The notes beneath the pieces were generated by a model, which worked only from the letters and a program-made list of their open reading frames with translations, was not told the origin of the DNA and did not search any database. The translations under genes and the position numbers were made by a program. A stretch of DNA of 64,000 bases, taken from positions 1,348 through 65,347 of the IMG/VR virus record IMGVR_UViG_3300046705_000096. One strand, written 5' to 3'. Each line of letters starts with the position of its first letter. The stretch's first letter is position 1. This stretch comes from a virus (taxonomy: Duplodnaviria > Caudoviricetes). Of this stretch, positions 7,290 through 17,028 are shown piece by piece.

Positions 7290-7685
7290 ATGAGAGTCGA
7301 TCTGAAAGACGTACCCGGACCACTGGTATGTGTCTCCGTGAAGTACCCGCTTACCGAACCGATCAACTCTATGATCGACCGACACTACCACAAAGACTTC
7401 GAAGTCGGTGACGTCACAGACGCATGGGTCACGGCATGGCAATGCGATTCTCGTGGTGAGCAGGTGGGTGACGCCCATGTGCTTCATTCGCCGCCGCCGG
7501 GTGACCCAGCCCCGCCCGAGGATGACGGGGACCATGACGGGGACCATGACGGGGACCATGACGGGGACCATGACGGACCGCCGCCCGGTGAACCAGCCCC
7601 GCCCGAGGAAGATCAGCCGAGGATCGCAATCAAATATCGAGACGAGGATGAAACGCAAGACTCTCCCGAAGTCGGCGCTGACTGA
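7290..7685 (+). CDS. acidic low-complexity protein with (DGDH)4 repeat
   Basis: GGAG RBS; 12-bp unit ATGACGGGGACC x4 (7522-7569) between two PPPG[DE]PAPPE[DE]D blocks. Confidence 0.65.
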   Translation: MRVDLKDVPGPLVCVSVKYPLTEPINSMIDRHYHKDFEVGDVTDAWVTAWQCDSRGEQVGDAHVLHSPPPGDPAPPEDDGDHDGDHDGDHDGDHDGPPPGEPAPPEEDQPRIAIKYRDEDETQDSPEVGAD

Positions 7686-7757
7686 CATGAACTTTGAGGA
7701 CGTTACCGGCAGAATCCTCAACAACTACGGACCAAGCCGGGTGGAAGCCAAAACCCA

Positions 7758-9464
7758 ATGTCCGCCGAATTGCTCGACGATTTTCGAGCCAGCATCATCG
7801 ACGGACTCAAGACCCGAACTCTCACGACCTGCCTTCGATGGGCCAATTATCGCCGGGTAATGGGACACCCTTTTCCCGGCCCGTACACCACGAAGTACCA
7901 CCCGTGGTGTGCCGAGATGCACAATTCAAAGGCACCGTTCAACTATGCCCGTAAGGGCGCGCAGCTTGGCGTCACGGAAGTCGCGATCAACCGAGCGTTC
8001 TACACGCTCGATCAACTGAAGCGAGATGTTCTCTACGTTCTGCCGACTACGTTGAACGCCGGCGACTTTTCGAAGGCACGATTCAATACGGCGTTGGCCG
8101 AGTCGCCCTACCTCAAGGGGCTGTTCACAGACACCAACGCGATCAATCTGAAGCAGGCCGGGTCGAATACCCTCTACATCCGCGGGAGTCGCGGCGACTC
8201 GAACCTGAAGTCGATCCCCGTCAGCGAGCTAATTCTCGACGAAGTCGATGAAATGGCTCAACGACAAATCTGGCTTGCTCTCGAACGTCTGAGCGGTCAG
8301 AAGATCAAGAACGTATTCGGCCTCTCGACGCCGACGATTCCGGAGCGGGGTATCGACCTGCTCTATAAGGACTCGACTCAAGAGACGTTCAACTTCCGAT
8401 GTCCGTCGTGCTCGCGATGGACTGAGCTAGTCTGGCCGGACTGCATTGAAGTCATCGGCGAGTTTATCGGCGACCCTCGCTGCCATGAATCATACCTGAA
8501 GTGCAAGGAATGCAAGAACAAGTTGTCGCATGAGGCGAAGCCGGAGTGGTTGTCAACGGCCAAGTGGGTCGCCAACAACTCCAACGCGAATACCGACGTC
8601 CGCGGCTTCGCGATCAGCCAGTTGTACTCGTTCACGGTCACACCGGGCGAGATCGCGGTAGCGCATTTCCGCGGACTGGGTGACGAGTACGCGAACAAAG
8701 AATTCCACAACAGCAAGCTCGGCCTGCCGTTCATCGGCGACGGTGCCAAAGTCACGGATGAAATGATTGGTCGATCGGTACGTCCCCATACGATGGACGC
8801 CCCACGGCCGAGAGTCGGCGGCGATCGTCTCATTACTCTTGGAGTCGATCAGGGGAAATGGAGTTATTGGACTATTGTTGAGTGGATGATCCAAGGTGAT
8901 CCCGGTTACGACGTAAACTCGGCAGCCCTTGCAAAGGTATTGGCCGCCGGCAAGTTTCTGGAAGACGACTGGGGACGTTTGGACGAGTTGATGCGAGAGT
9001 TTCAGATTCTCGCCTGTGTAATCGACGCCGACCCGCAGATCAATGAAGCGAGGCGTTTCGCAAGGCGTTTTCCCGGCTACGTCTGGTTGTGTCGGTATCG
9101 TCGCGGTCAGACCGGGAAGGAAATGAGTGAACAGGATGGCGACACAGGTGCCCCGTTGGTGACGGTAGATCGCACGTCGTGGATGTCAGCAACGCTCAGT
9201 CGTTTCAAAAGTGACCCTACACGAATCCATTTACCGGCAGACATCAGTGCCGAGTTTCGCGAACACCTGAAGTCTCCGGTCAGAACGTATCAGAAGCCGG
9301 AGTCACCTAAGAACGAAAAGAAACAGAAGGAATCCGAGTCTCCGGTTGCTGTTTACGTTGAAACAGGCCCCGACCATTACGCACATAGTTTGACGTATGC
9401 TGAGATCGCCCTTCCTCTGGCGCAGTCGATCACCACTGGGCAAGACGTTAAGGCGTTCTTATGA
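7758..9464 (+). CDS. terL: terminase large subunit (lambda GpA-like)
   Basis: KGAQLGVTE Walker A-like, LILDEVDEM Walker B, STPT motif, CPSC/CKEC Zn motif, GVDQG nuclease motif. Confidence 0.9.
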   Translation: MSAELLDDFRASIIDGLKTRTLTTCLRWANYRRVMGHPFPGPYTTKYHPWCAEMHNSKAPFNYARKGAQLGVTEVAINRAFYTLDQLKRDVLYVLPTTLNAGDFSKARFNTALAESPYLKGLFTDTNAINLKQAGSNTLYIRGSRGDSNLKSIPVSELILDEVDEMAQRQIWLALERLSGQKIKNVFGLSTPTIPERGIDLLYKDSTQETFNFRCPSCSRWTELVWPDCIEVIGEFIGDPRCHESYLKCKECKNKLSHEAKPEWLSTAKWVANNSNANTDVRGFAISQLYSFTVTPGEIAVAHFRGLGDEYANKEFHNSKLGLPFIGDGAKVTDEMIGRSVRPHTMDAPRPRVGGDRLITLGVDQGKWSYWTIVEWMIQGDPGYDVNSAALAKVLAAGKFLEDDWGRLDELMREFQILACVIDADPQINEARRFARRFPGYVWLCRYRRGQTGKEMSEQDGDTGAPLVTVDRTSWMSATLSRFKSDPTRIHLPADISAEFREHLKSPVRTYQKPESPKNEKKQKESESPVAVYVETGPDHYAHSLTYAEIALPLAQSITTGQDVKAFL

Positions 9465-9868
9465 AAATCCGGCACGTCAAGAATCTCGCAAAGGAATTGC
9501 CCACGCTGCATAAGCTGGATGAGAAACTGTTCAGCGACGTTTGCTTCAAAGAGAACAGTGAATGGTGGGTCGCAGAGGACTATAGGCCAATTGCATTCGC
9601 TGGCCTTCACCTTTATCAGCAGCCAAAAGTCGCGTTTCTTTGTCGAGTCGGCGTATTGCCGAGCCATCGCGGCTTTGGATTGCAGAGACGATTCATCCGA
9701 GTGCGAGAGCAGTATGCCGTTCGCCGAGGTTATGATCGCATCGTGACCTACACTGAACGAAACAATTACGCGAGTGCGAACAACCTCATCCGGTGTGGTT
9801 ATCGACTGTATCACCCCCGGTGTGAATTCGGTCTGAAGGATTCACTGTACTTCGAGAAGCAGTTGTGA
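9461..9868 (+). CDS. GNAT-family acetyltransferase
   Basis: VGVLPSHRGFGLQRR acetyl-CoA motif A; NYASANNLIRCGY motif B. Confidence 0.8.
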   Translation: MKIRHVKNLAKELPTLHKLDEKLFSDVCFKENSEWWVAEDYRPIAFAGLHLYQQPKVAFLCRVGVLPSHRGFGLQRRFIRVREQYAVRRGYDRIVTYTERNNYASANNLIRCGYRLYHPRCEFGLKDSLYFEKQL

Positions 9869-11616
9869 GCGAATTCATCACGGCCATTCAGTCGATCCAT
9901 CCGACAGTCAGAAGCGACTCGTTGGATTGGACGAAATGGCGTTTGACATACGAGGGCGGCGACGATTTTCGAAACCGGTATCTCGAACAGTTCACGACTC
10001 GTGAGTCTGCATCTGATTTCCAACTGCGGAAGAAACTGACACCCGTGCCGCGGTTTGCCGGCGCGGCGATCGACGACATCCGAAACTCCATCTTCCAGCG
10101 AATGCGTGACATCACACGCGTCGATGGAAGTCAGAGTTACCAAGAGGCCGTCCAAGGTAATAAGGGCGGGGTCGATCGAAACGGGAACTCGATGAATGCC
10201 TTCCTCGGCACCGAGATTCTCACAGACCTTCTCGTCCTCGGCAAAGTCGGCGTGTTCGTCGATAACAGCGCCGTGGTCGGTCCGACGATGGCCAGTGGAT
10301 CATCCAAACCATACCTGTACCCGTACCCGCTAGAGAGCATTCTTAACTGGCGCAGGGACGACCCGGAGAATCCCAAAGAGTTTCAAGCGATTATGCTGAG
10401 AGATCAGAGCCTCAGCTTCGATCCGCTGACGTTGATGCCATCAGGGATCGAGACTCGTTTTCGCAAGCTCTGGCTTGAAGACGGTCGCGTTCGACTTCAG
10501 TTCTACAACAAGTCCGGTCAAGAGATCGGGCGTGATGGCAACCCGAGCGGTCCGATCGACCTCGAACTCGATCGCATCCCGTTCGTCTTGATCGACCTCG
10601 GACGGTCGCTCATCAAGGACGTCGCTGACTATCAGATCGCCCTTCTGAACCTTACGTCCAGCGACATCTGGTATGCCCTCAAAAGCAATTTCCCGTTCTA
10701 CGTGGAGCAACGCGATCAGCGAGCGATTGGCTCACACCTGAAGCGAGTCCCGACTGCGGATGGTACTGCGGAAGCCGGCGGTCAGACCGCGGCTGATGAA
10801 GATGCCCGCGTGGGCACCACGCAGGGTCGCTATTACGATCTGAAAGCCGCACAGCCGGCGTTCATCAACCCGTCGCCGGACCCGTTGAAGGCGTCGATGG
10901 AATTGCAGGATAAATTCGAGGCGAAGATTCGACGACTGGTCAACCTCGCAGTCGCGACATTGTCGAGTCGTCAGTCTGCGGAGTCGAAGTCGATCGACAA
11001 TCAGGGACTCGAAGCCGGACTGTCCTTCATCGGGCTTGTGTTGCAGACAGCGGAGCGTCAGATCGCCGAGCACTGGTCGGCCTACGAGCAACGGCAGGTG
11101 TCCCGCCGTCGAATCCCAACGATCACATACCCGGATCGTTACTCACTGAAGAACGACAACGATCGCATCGAAGAGGCGGACAAGCTGTCCGACTTGATGT
11201 TCCGAGTCCCGAGTCAGACGGCAAAGAAAGAGATCAGCAAGTCGGTCATCAACACGTTGATGAGCGGTCGCATCTCGGTCGAGACCCTGAACAAGATCAA
11301 CAAAGAGATCGACGAATCGCCGTACCTCACGTCCGATCCGAAAACGATTCTTGAAGCCGTGAAAAGCGGGTTGGTTGGTGAACAGGTCGGCTCTATCGCA
11401 CTTGGATTCAAGGACGACGAGTACCTCACCGCGCGTGAGGATCATGCTCACCGGATCGCACGGATTCAGGCTGCTCAGACTCCGGACAATCCGGCCGCCC
11501 GCGGCAATCCAGACGCCGATCCGAATCCTAAGTCGGGCGAGGAAGAACGAGCCGCGGCGACTAATGTTGATGAACAGCCCGATCGGAAAGAACCGGTCAG
11601 GGGCGAAGGCCAATAA
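9865..11616 (+). CDS. portal protein
   Basis: 583 aa after TerL; YEGG...YL...RE...R N-terminus typical of siphophage portals; helical core, acidic tail. Confidence 0.8.
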   Translation: MSEFITAIQSIHPTVRSDSLDWTKWRLTYEGGDDFRNRYLEQFTTRESASDFQLRKKLTPVPRFAGAAIDDIRNSIFQRMRDITRVDGSQSYQEAVQGNKGGVDRNGNSMNAFLGTEILTDLLVLGKVGVFVDNSAVVGPTMASGSSKPYLYPYPLESILNWRRDDPENPKEFQAIMLRDQSLSFDPLTLMPSGIETRFRKLWLEDGRVRLQFYNKSGQEIGRDGNPSGPIDLELDRIPFVLIDLGRSLIKDVADYQIALLNLTSSDIWYALKSNFPFYVEQRDQRAIGSHLKRVPTADGTAEAGGQTAADEDARVGTTQGRYYDLKAAQPAFINPSPDPLKASMELQDKFEAKIRRLVNLAVATLSSRQSAESKSIDNQGLEAGLSFIGLVLQTAERQIAEHWSAYEQRQVSRRRIPTITYPDRYSLKNDNDRIEEADKLSDLMFRVPSQTAKKEISKSVINTLMSGRISVETLNKINKEIDESPYLTSDPKTILEAVKSGLVGEQVGSIALGFKDDEYLTAREDHAHRIARIQAAQTPDNPAARGNPDADPNPKSGEEERAAATNVDEQPDRKEPVRGEGQ

Positions 11617-11639
11617 CCCCGCCGATGGACGATCGGCTC

Positions 11640-11669
11640 GACTCCTGATCTCGATCGGGAGTCTATTTT
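11640..11669 (+). terminator. intrinsic terminator after portal
   Basis: GACTCCTGATC/GATCGGGAGTC stem followed by TATTTT. Confidence 0.6.
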
Positions 11670-11673
11670 CAAT

Positions 11674-11691
11674 GTTCACTACGTAGTGAAC
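11674..11691. promoter_or_regulatory. 18-bp perfect palindrome (operator or hairpin candidate)
   Basis: GTTCACTACGTAGTGAAC equals its own reverse complement; about 22 nt upstream of the next ATG. Confidence 0.45.
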
Positions 11692-11713
11692 CCCGCTGAG
11701 TTGGAGATCAAAG

Positions 11714-12007
11714 ATGTCTGCCGCAGTCGAAGTCGTCAAGTCCGGCGTGAAGGACTTCAGCCACGGTCAAACCACAGTTGGTGCGACTGCGGTGAAACTT
11801 GTCGAAACGAGCCACGCGGTGTATGGCGTGGCGATTGTTCCATCAGTTGACACCGGGCAAAGCGTTTACGTGGGCGGGGTAGGTGTGACCGCAGCGACAG
11901 GTCTGCTTGTCCCCGCCGGTGGGATTCTCATCCCCGTGTCCGACCCGTCCAAACTGTTCGTTGTCGCAACGGCCGCCGATCAAACCGTGACTTGGATGGT
12001 CCTGTAA
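11714..12007 (+). CDS. small beta-rich putative virion protein
   Basis: 97 aa, V/G/T-rich, GGAG RBS, in the head module. Confidence 0.6.
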   Translation: MSAAVEVVKSGVKDFSHGQTTVGATAVKLVETSHAVYGVAIVPSVDTGQSVYVGGVGVTAATGLLVPAGGILIPVSDPSKLFVVATAADQTVTWMVL

Positions 12008-12988
12008 ATGCTTTTAGTCGTTAGCCAAAACGATGACTTTGGGGCATTTGCCCTACCCGAGGCTACCGGCACGTTCGAGACGTGGGCGGCAGACGTTGGC
12101 GATTCTTTCGCGTGTGCGATTGACAAAGACGGGAACCTGTTTGTCGCTGGTACGAACCTCTACAAACTCAGCCCTGTTGATGGGAGCGTGATCTGGGGTC
12201 CGGTCGCGATCGGGGCGCAAGCACACGGACTTGCAACCGACAGCAACGGTAACATCTTTGTAGCACACTCTCTGTTTAGCAACCAGTCAATCTCGAAGTA
12301 TGACCCGACCGGCACCCTTGTGATCCGAGCTAACACTGGTGCGAATTCGAGAGGCGTGTTTGTTGATGGGGCCGGTAACGTCTATGTGACCTATGACCGA
12401 ACGATCGTCACGGACACAACCAAGAAATTCAACAATGCTCTGACTTCGGTATTGCTGACGATGGATTACGGCACGCACACGCAGTCTGTGTATGTTGGCG
12501 ACGACGGTAAAATCTACGTCGTCGGAAACAGTGTCGCGGAACCCAGAGTCAAGATTTTCGATACCGATGGGACATTGCTGAATTCATTCGGCCCCTCGTC
12601 CGTAACTGTCACCGCGATTGTCGTTGATGCTGCCGGTAACTTTTACATCGCTGAGCAGCACACCACGTCGGATAACGTCAAGAAATTCAATTCCGCAGGT
12701 GTTGAGCAGTGGGGCTACGCGGCAACTGAAACTCCCCGCGCACTGGAACTGGACGTAGACGGGAATCTCTACGTCCCAATGTTTGCGGTCGGGGTCGCGA
12801 CAAACATTGCCAAACTTGATCCGGACGGGAACGAGTTGTGGAAAACCACGGGTGATGGCACGAGCGCGCGGTACTGGCAGGTTCGCTCAACAATCAGCCC
12901 CCGGATTGCCGGTCTCAGTGCGGGTGCAGCGGCCGGCGGCTCACGATTCCTGTCTGGCTTGAGTTACTCGCGATGGGGGGTGTTCTAA
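12008..12988 (+). CDS. beta-propeller (NHL/SBBP-like repeat) protein
   Basis: Repeated [AVI]xD.xGN[LIV][FY]V and K[YF]D.xG units about every 40 aa. Confidence 0.75.
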   Translation: MLLVVSQNDDFGAFALPEATGTFETWAADVGDSFACAIDKDGNLFVAGTNLYKLSPVDGSVIWGPVAIGAQAHGLATDSNGNIFVAHSLFSNQSISKYDPTGTLVIRANTGANSRGVFVDGAGNVYVTYDRTIVTDTTKKFNNALTSVLLTMDYGTHTQSVYVGDDGKIYVVGNSVAEPRVKIFDTDGTLLNSFGPSSVTVTAIVVDAAGNFYIAEQHTTSDNVKKFNSAGVEQWGYAATETPRALELDVDGNLYVPMFAVGVATNIAKLDPDGNELWKTTGDGTSARYWQVRSTISPRIAGLSAGAAAGGSRFLSGLSYSRWGVF

Positions 12989-13447
12989 ATGCTAACTCTC
13001 CCCTTCTACGGCACAGTCCTTGAGGCCACATCGTACTTTGATAATCGGCTGCATTCGACGGTATGGTTCAACGCCAGCGCGCCAAACCGAAACGCCGCAT
13101 TGATTCAATCGGCACGCATCATTGATGGATTTGCCTTCAAAGGTCAGAAGACCGACCCCGAACAGTCGTTGGAGTTCCCCCGCGGAACAGACACCGAAGT
13201 TCCGCAGGACATCAGAATCGCCGCCTACGAAATCTCCATCAATCTACTCGATGGTCGCGACCCTGAGATGGAACTCGAAAGCATGGCTGTGACTTCGGAA
13301 GGATACTCGTCGGTTCGAACCACGTATAACCGTGACGCGGTGCCAACAGAACATCTCATCAACGGCGTCCCTAGTGCAACGGCATGGAGACTCATTCGGC
13401 CCTATTTGAGGGACGACAATACCCTGAAATTGTCTCGCGTGTCTTAA
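12989..13447 (+). CDS. head-tail adaptor-like protein
   Basis: EATSYF...FKGQKTDPEQSLEFPR...VPQDIRIAAYE pattern typical of adaptor proteins. Confidence 0.65.
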   Translation: MLTLPFYGTVLEATSYFDNRLHSTVWFNASAPNRNAALIQSARIIDGFAFKGQKTDPEQSLEFPRGTDTEVPQDIRIAAYEISINLLDGRDPEMELESMAVTSEGYSSVRTTYNRDAVPTEHLINGVPSATAWRLIRPYLRDDNTLKLSRVS

Positions 13448-13538
13448 TGAAGCGATACGCAGATTCACAACCGTAGCGAAAATGTAACCGAGCAACTTTC
13501 GCACAACGGGAACCTTACCAAAATCGGGAGAGCTTCAA

Positions 13539-14330
13539 ATGAGTTTCGACGAACTGTTCTACCTGTCTCTTCCCTTCATCGCTGCGTTTGACGGTGACGA
13601 TCCCCCGGCCGACGATCCCCCGGCTGACGATCCCCCGGCTGACGATCCCCCGGCAGGTAAATCCTTCACGCAGGATGAGGTCAACAAATTCCTTGCCGAC
13701 GACAGGCGGAAACACCAAACCAAACTCAAGCAGGTAGAAACGCGTCTGCAAGAGACGCTAAAGAACAAGGGGCTGTCTGAAGAGGAGCGGGCAAACCTCG
13801 AAGAGAGTCTTGAGGACATGCGGAAGCAGATCAGGACCAAGGACGAGCAAGCCACGCACGAGAAGAAGAAGCTGGAAACGAAGTACACAAAGGAGCTTGA
13901 AGAACAAAAGGAAGCCGCAAAGACGTGGGAGTCGAGATACCGCAACTCGATGATTGAGCGATCTTTGCAGGACGCGGCGGTTTCCGGGGACGCATTCAGC
14001 GCCTCGCAGATCGTTGCCCTTCTCAAACCGACCTCGAAACTCATTGAAGACGAGGGCGGTAAATTCAAACCGGTCGTGGATATTGACACCACGAACGATG
14101 CGGGTGAATCGGTCGTTTTGCAATTATCGCCGGCTGAGGCCGTCGAACACATGAAGAACGACCTTGCACGATTCGGTAACTTGTTCAAGTCGAACGTAGT
14201 GCCGGGTATCGGTTCGAATTCGGCAACCGGCGGCCTTGCTCCGGGTAAGGACGGCAGAATTGATTTGAAGAAGCTGGCGGAAGACCCCGTTGCCTATCGT
14301 GAGGCGCGGAAGAAAGGTCTTCAAGTCTAA
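13539..14330 (+). CDS. capsid scaffolding protein
   Basis: FTQDEVNKFL plus long coiled coil, directly before the capsid gene; (DDPPA)4 from a 15-bp repeat at 13596-13654. Confidence 0.75.
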   Translation: MSFDELFYLSLPFIAAFDGDDPPADDPPADDPPADDPPAGKSFTQDEVNKFLADDRRKHQTKLKQVETRLQETLKNKGLSEEERANLEESLEDMRKQIRTKDEQATHEKKKLETKYTKELEEQKEAAKTWESRYRNSMIERSLQDAAVSGDAFSASQIVALLKPTSKLIEDEGGKFKPVVDIDTTNDAGESVVLQLSPAEAVEHMKNDLARFGNLFKSNVVPGIGSNSATGGLAPGKDGRIDLKKLAEDPVAYREARKKGLQV

Positions 14331-14373
14331 GACCAGCTTGCTCGGCCTCTGGTAACTAACAAACAAAGGGTTG

Positions 14374-15789
14374 ATGATGAAGAATCTGTACTTGTCCCAT
14401 GCCATGATCGCTTCGTTCGCCAGTCTGACGGACGGGAACAACGACGCGTTCATTCCGGATGTTTGGGCACAGGAAAGCCTGATGATTCTGGAAGAAAATA
14501 TGGTCATGGCGAACCTTGTCCATCGTTCCTTCGAAGCTGAGATTTCCGAGTTCGGAGATGTCGTGAAGACCCGCCGGCCGGATGACTTCAAGGTTCGCCG
14601 GAAGACCGATGCCACGACCTACAAGCGGCAGGACGCGAAGTCCACGAACGTGAACGTCCCGCTCGACCAGTGGTTCGAGTCTTCGTTCACGATCAAGGAC
14701 GCCGAACTGTCGAAGAGCTTCACCGATCTGGTGCAGGTCTATCTGCTGCCGGCGGCTCAGAACCTCGCTCGCGGCGTCGATCGCGCCCTTGTCGGCCACG
14801 TTCACAAGTACCTTGCGAACCGTGCCGGCCGTCTGAACAATCTCGACAAGACGAACGCCAGTGATTTCGTGCTTGACGCCCGCGAGCAGTTGAACATCAA
14901 CAAATGCCCGGATGACACGCGGTATCTGGTCTTGTCGCCGCGGTCGGAAACCCCGATGCACAAGACGACCCTGTTCGTCAGCGCGGAACAGCGTGGCGAC
15001 GGTGGGTCGGCGTTGGAGAACGCGCGTCTGGGACGCATTCACGGCTTCGACAGCTTCCTCGCGCAGAACGTCCCGTCGATTTCCAGCCCGTCTGATGTCG
15101 CGACTGGGACGGTGACGGACGCGCAGCCGGCAGGAGAGGCGGGTTCGCAGACGGTAGTCATCACTGGCTACGAAGCGGTCATTGGCGAGTACGCGACGGT
15201 TGCCGGAAACGATCAGCCGACCCACATCACCGCGGTGACGGCCGGTGCGGGCGACACGACCGCTGTCACGATGGACGAGGCGAACAAGTTTTCCACGCTC
15301 GCCGCCGCAGTCATCACCGTCTACAAATCGTATGACGTGAAGGGCGCGTTTGCTGCTGGTTACTCTGAAGGTGTCGTGATCGACGGTTGGACTGTCGCTC
15401 CGAAGGTCGGGCAGTTGATCGCGTTTGGCACCGGTGCCAGCCGCCGTGTCTACACGATCATCGAAGAGGAAAACGACGGGACCGACTCCACGATCTACCT
15501 CGATCGACCGCTGGAACTGGCGTTGGCCAACGACGATCTGGCCTTCCCCGGCCCGACCGGCTCGTTCAACCTCGCGTTCCATCGGAATTCGCTGGCACTG
15601 GTTAGCCGGCCGCTTGCCGTGCCGAACAACGCACTCGGTGTGATGTCCAGCGTTGCCAACTTCAACGGCCTGTCGATGCGAGTGTCGTTCCAGTACGACA
15701 TCGATCAGGGCGGGATCAAGGTCAACATGGACATGTTGGCCGGGATCGCCGTGCTGGACGATCGCTGCGGCGTGATGCTGCTCGGCTAA
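14374..15789 (+). CDS. major capsid protein (P22 coat-like, with insertion domain)
   Basis: FIPDVWAQESL...GDVVKTRRP and NLAFHRNSLALVSRPL motifs; strong terminator downstream. Confidence 0.85.
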   Translation: MMKNLYLSHAMIASFASLTDGNNDAFIPDVWAQESLMILEENMVMANLVHRSFEAEISEFGDVVKTRRPDDFKVRRKTDATTYKRQDAKSTNVNVPLDQWFESSFTIKDAELSKSFTDLVQVYLLPAAQNLARGVDRALVGHVHKYLANRAGRLNNLDKTNASDFVLDAREQLNINKCPDDTRYLVLSPRSETPMHKTTLFVSAEQRGDGGSALENARLGRIHGFDSFLAQNVPSISSPSDVATGTVTDAQPAGEAGSQTVVITGYEAVIGEYATVAGNDQPTHITAVTAGAGDTTAVTMDEANKFSTLAAAVITVYKSYDVKGAFAAGYSEGVVIDGWTVAPKVGQLIAFGTGASRRVYTIIEEENDGTDSTIYLDRPLELALANDDLAFPGPTGSFNLAFHRNSLALVSRPLAVPNNALGVMSSVANFNGLSMRVSFQYDIDQGGIKVNMDMLAGIAVLDDRCGVMLLG

Positions 15790-15803
15790 TCCCCGATTCC
15801 TTT

Positions 15804-15840
15804 GGCCCGCCCGGTGCCGTAACCGGGCGGGCCGTTCTTT
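15804..15840 (+). terminator. intrinsic terminator after capsid gene
   Basis: 12-bp stem GGCCCGCCCGGT/ACCGGGCGGGCC then GTTCTTT. Confidence 0.75.
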
Positions 15841-15856
15841 GGGAAGGGGTAACCCG

Positions 15857-16096
15857 ATGCACGACCTGTCAAATCTGGTCACGCTTGCGCAACAGTATGG
15901 CCCCGCGATCATCATTCTCTTGTTCTTCTTGTGGAAGGACTGGCGTCGAGAGATTCGCCATTGCATCCGCATCGAGACTCTTGAGGACGAGATTCGAGGG
16001 GCGTTGTTGGGAAAGCTGACCAAGAACACCGAAGTCCTAACTCGCGTGGAAAAGAGACTGGATGACTGGCAACTCCACGTTAACCCGGCTCATTAA
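15857..16096 (+). CDS. single-TM holin-like protein (BhlA/UviB-like layout)
   Basis: QYGPAIIILLFFLW TM followed by a coiled coil with KNTEVL. Confidence 0.5.
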   Translation: MHDLSNLVTLAQQYGPAIIILLFFLWKDWRREIRHCIRIETLEDEIRGALLGKLTKNTEVLTRVEKRLDDWQLHVNPAH

Positions 16097-16553
16097 AAGA
16101 ACCGTCTACGACCTCAAGAGAAGGTACGGAGATCGGGTTGATGTCTACACACTGCTTAGCAGCGAGTCGGACCCACAGAAGGGCACTGTCAGCACCGAAG
16201 TTGACGTCTTCGTAGTTGACCGAGCTATCGTTCTGCCCAGCCGGCTATCCAAAGCTGAGCACCGAACGATCTCAATCATCTCGGCCAATAAAGCAATCCT
16301 TCAGGGGGGTCACTATGAAGCTGATGCAAGAAATTTCCTCATCGACCGCGATGACTTACCCGGTGTGACGCTGACTACCAGTTCTTGGATCGTTTACCAA
16401 GGGCGAAAGTACGCGATCGAAAGTTTGAACGATTACGAATTCGACATGGGGTGGATCGTCACAGCAAGAGCATTGACTGGTGAGAAGCCTCAGCAGGTGT
16501 TTAAGTTGAAAGCTGAGAACTTTGTGGAGTGGGGGTCCGATGCCGAAGCCTAA
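16062..16553 (+). CDS. head-closure (stopper)-like protein
   Basis: SDPQKGTV...WIVYQGRKYAIESL pattern; position after capsid. Confidence 0.6.
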   Translation: MTGNSTLTRLIKRTVYDLKRRYGDRVDVYTLLSSESDPQKGTVSTEVDVFVVDRAIVLPSRLSKAEHRTISIISANKAILQGGHYEADARNFLIDRDDLPGVTLTTSSWIVYQGRKYAIESLNDYEFDMGWIVTARALTGEKPQQVFKLKAENFVEWGSDAEA

Positions 16554-17028
16554 GCGTCGCTCAAAACATAACCCGAAATTGAAGGTGTTGCGATCGCTTG
16601 AAGAGCTTGATAGCAAGGCGTGCCCTTGTTGTCTACAAACCAAACCACTGGCAGAGTTCTATCGAAGCGTCATACATCGAAAAGGTGTACGTTCCTGCTG
16701 CAAGGTTTGCGATAAGGAATGTAGTAAGAAACATCGCAAGACTCGACGAGGTAAGCCCCGAGCCTCGCACTTGAAACGTCGGTACGGAATAACCGAAGCC
16801 GACTACGAACGAATGTTGACACGTCAGGGCAGTGCATGTGCAATATGTCGGTCCAAGAATTCTGGTATAAAGGATTCTGACAAGTTTGCAGTAGACCACG
16901 ACCACAAAACAGGGAGAGTTCGCGGATTACTGTGTACGAATTGCAATAAGGGTCTGGGATGTTTCAAAGACAACCCGAACTTCATGTGGACCACAATAGA
17001 ATATCTGGCAAAGTCAAATGCAAGCTAA
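16540..17028 (+). CDS. endonuclease VII-family homing endonuclease
   Basis: RRYGIT...CAIC...AVDHDHKTGRVRGLLCTNCNKGLG. Confidence 0.9.
   Translation: MPKPKRRSKHNPKLKVLRSLEELDSKACPCCLQTKPLAEFYRSVIHRKGVRSCCKVCDKECSKKHRKTRRGKPRASHLKRRYGITEADYERMLTRQGSACAICRSKNSGIKDSDKFAVDHDHKTGRVRGLLCTNCNKGLGCFKDNPNFMWTTIEYLAKSNAS

Noticed and set aside
14356-16029. 557-aa - strand ORF
   Set aside because: Antisense shadow of the GC-rich capsid gene; no motifs.
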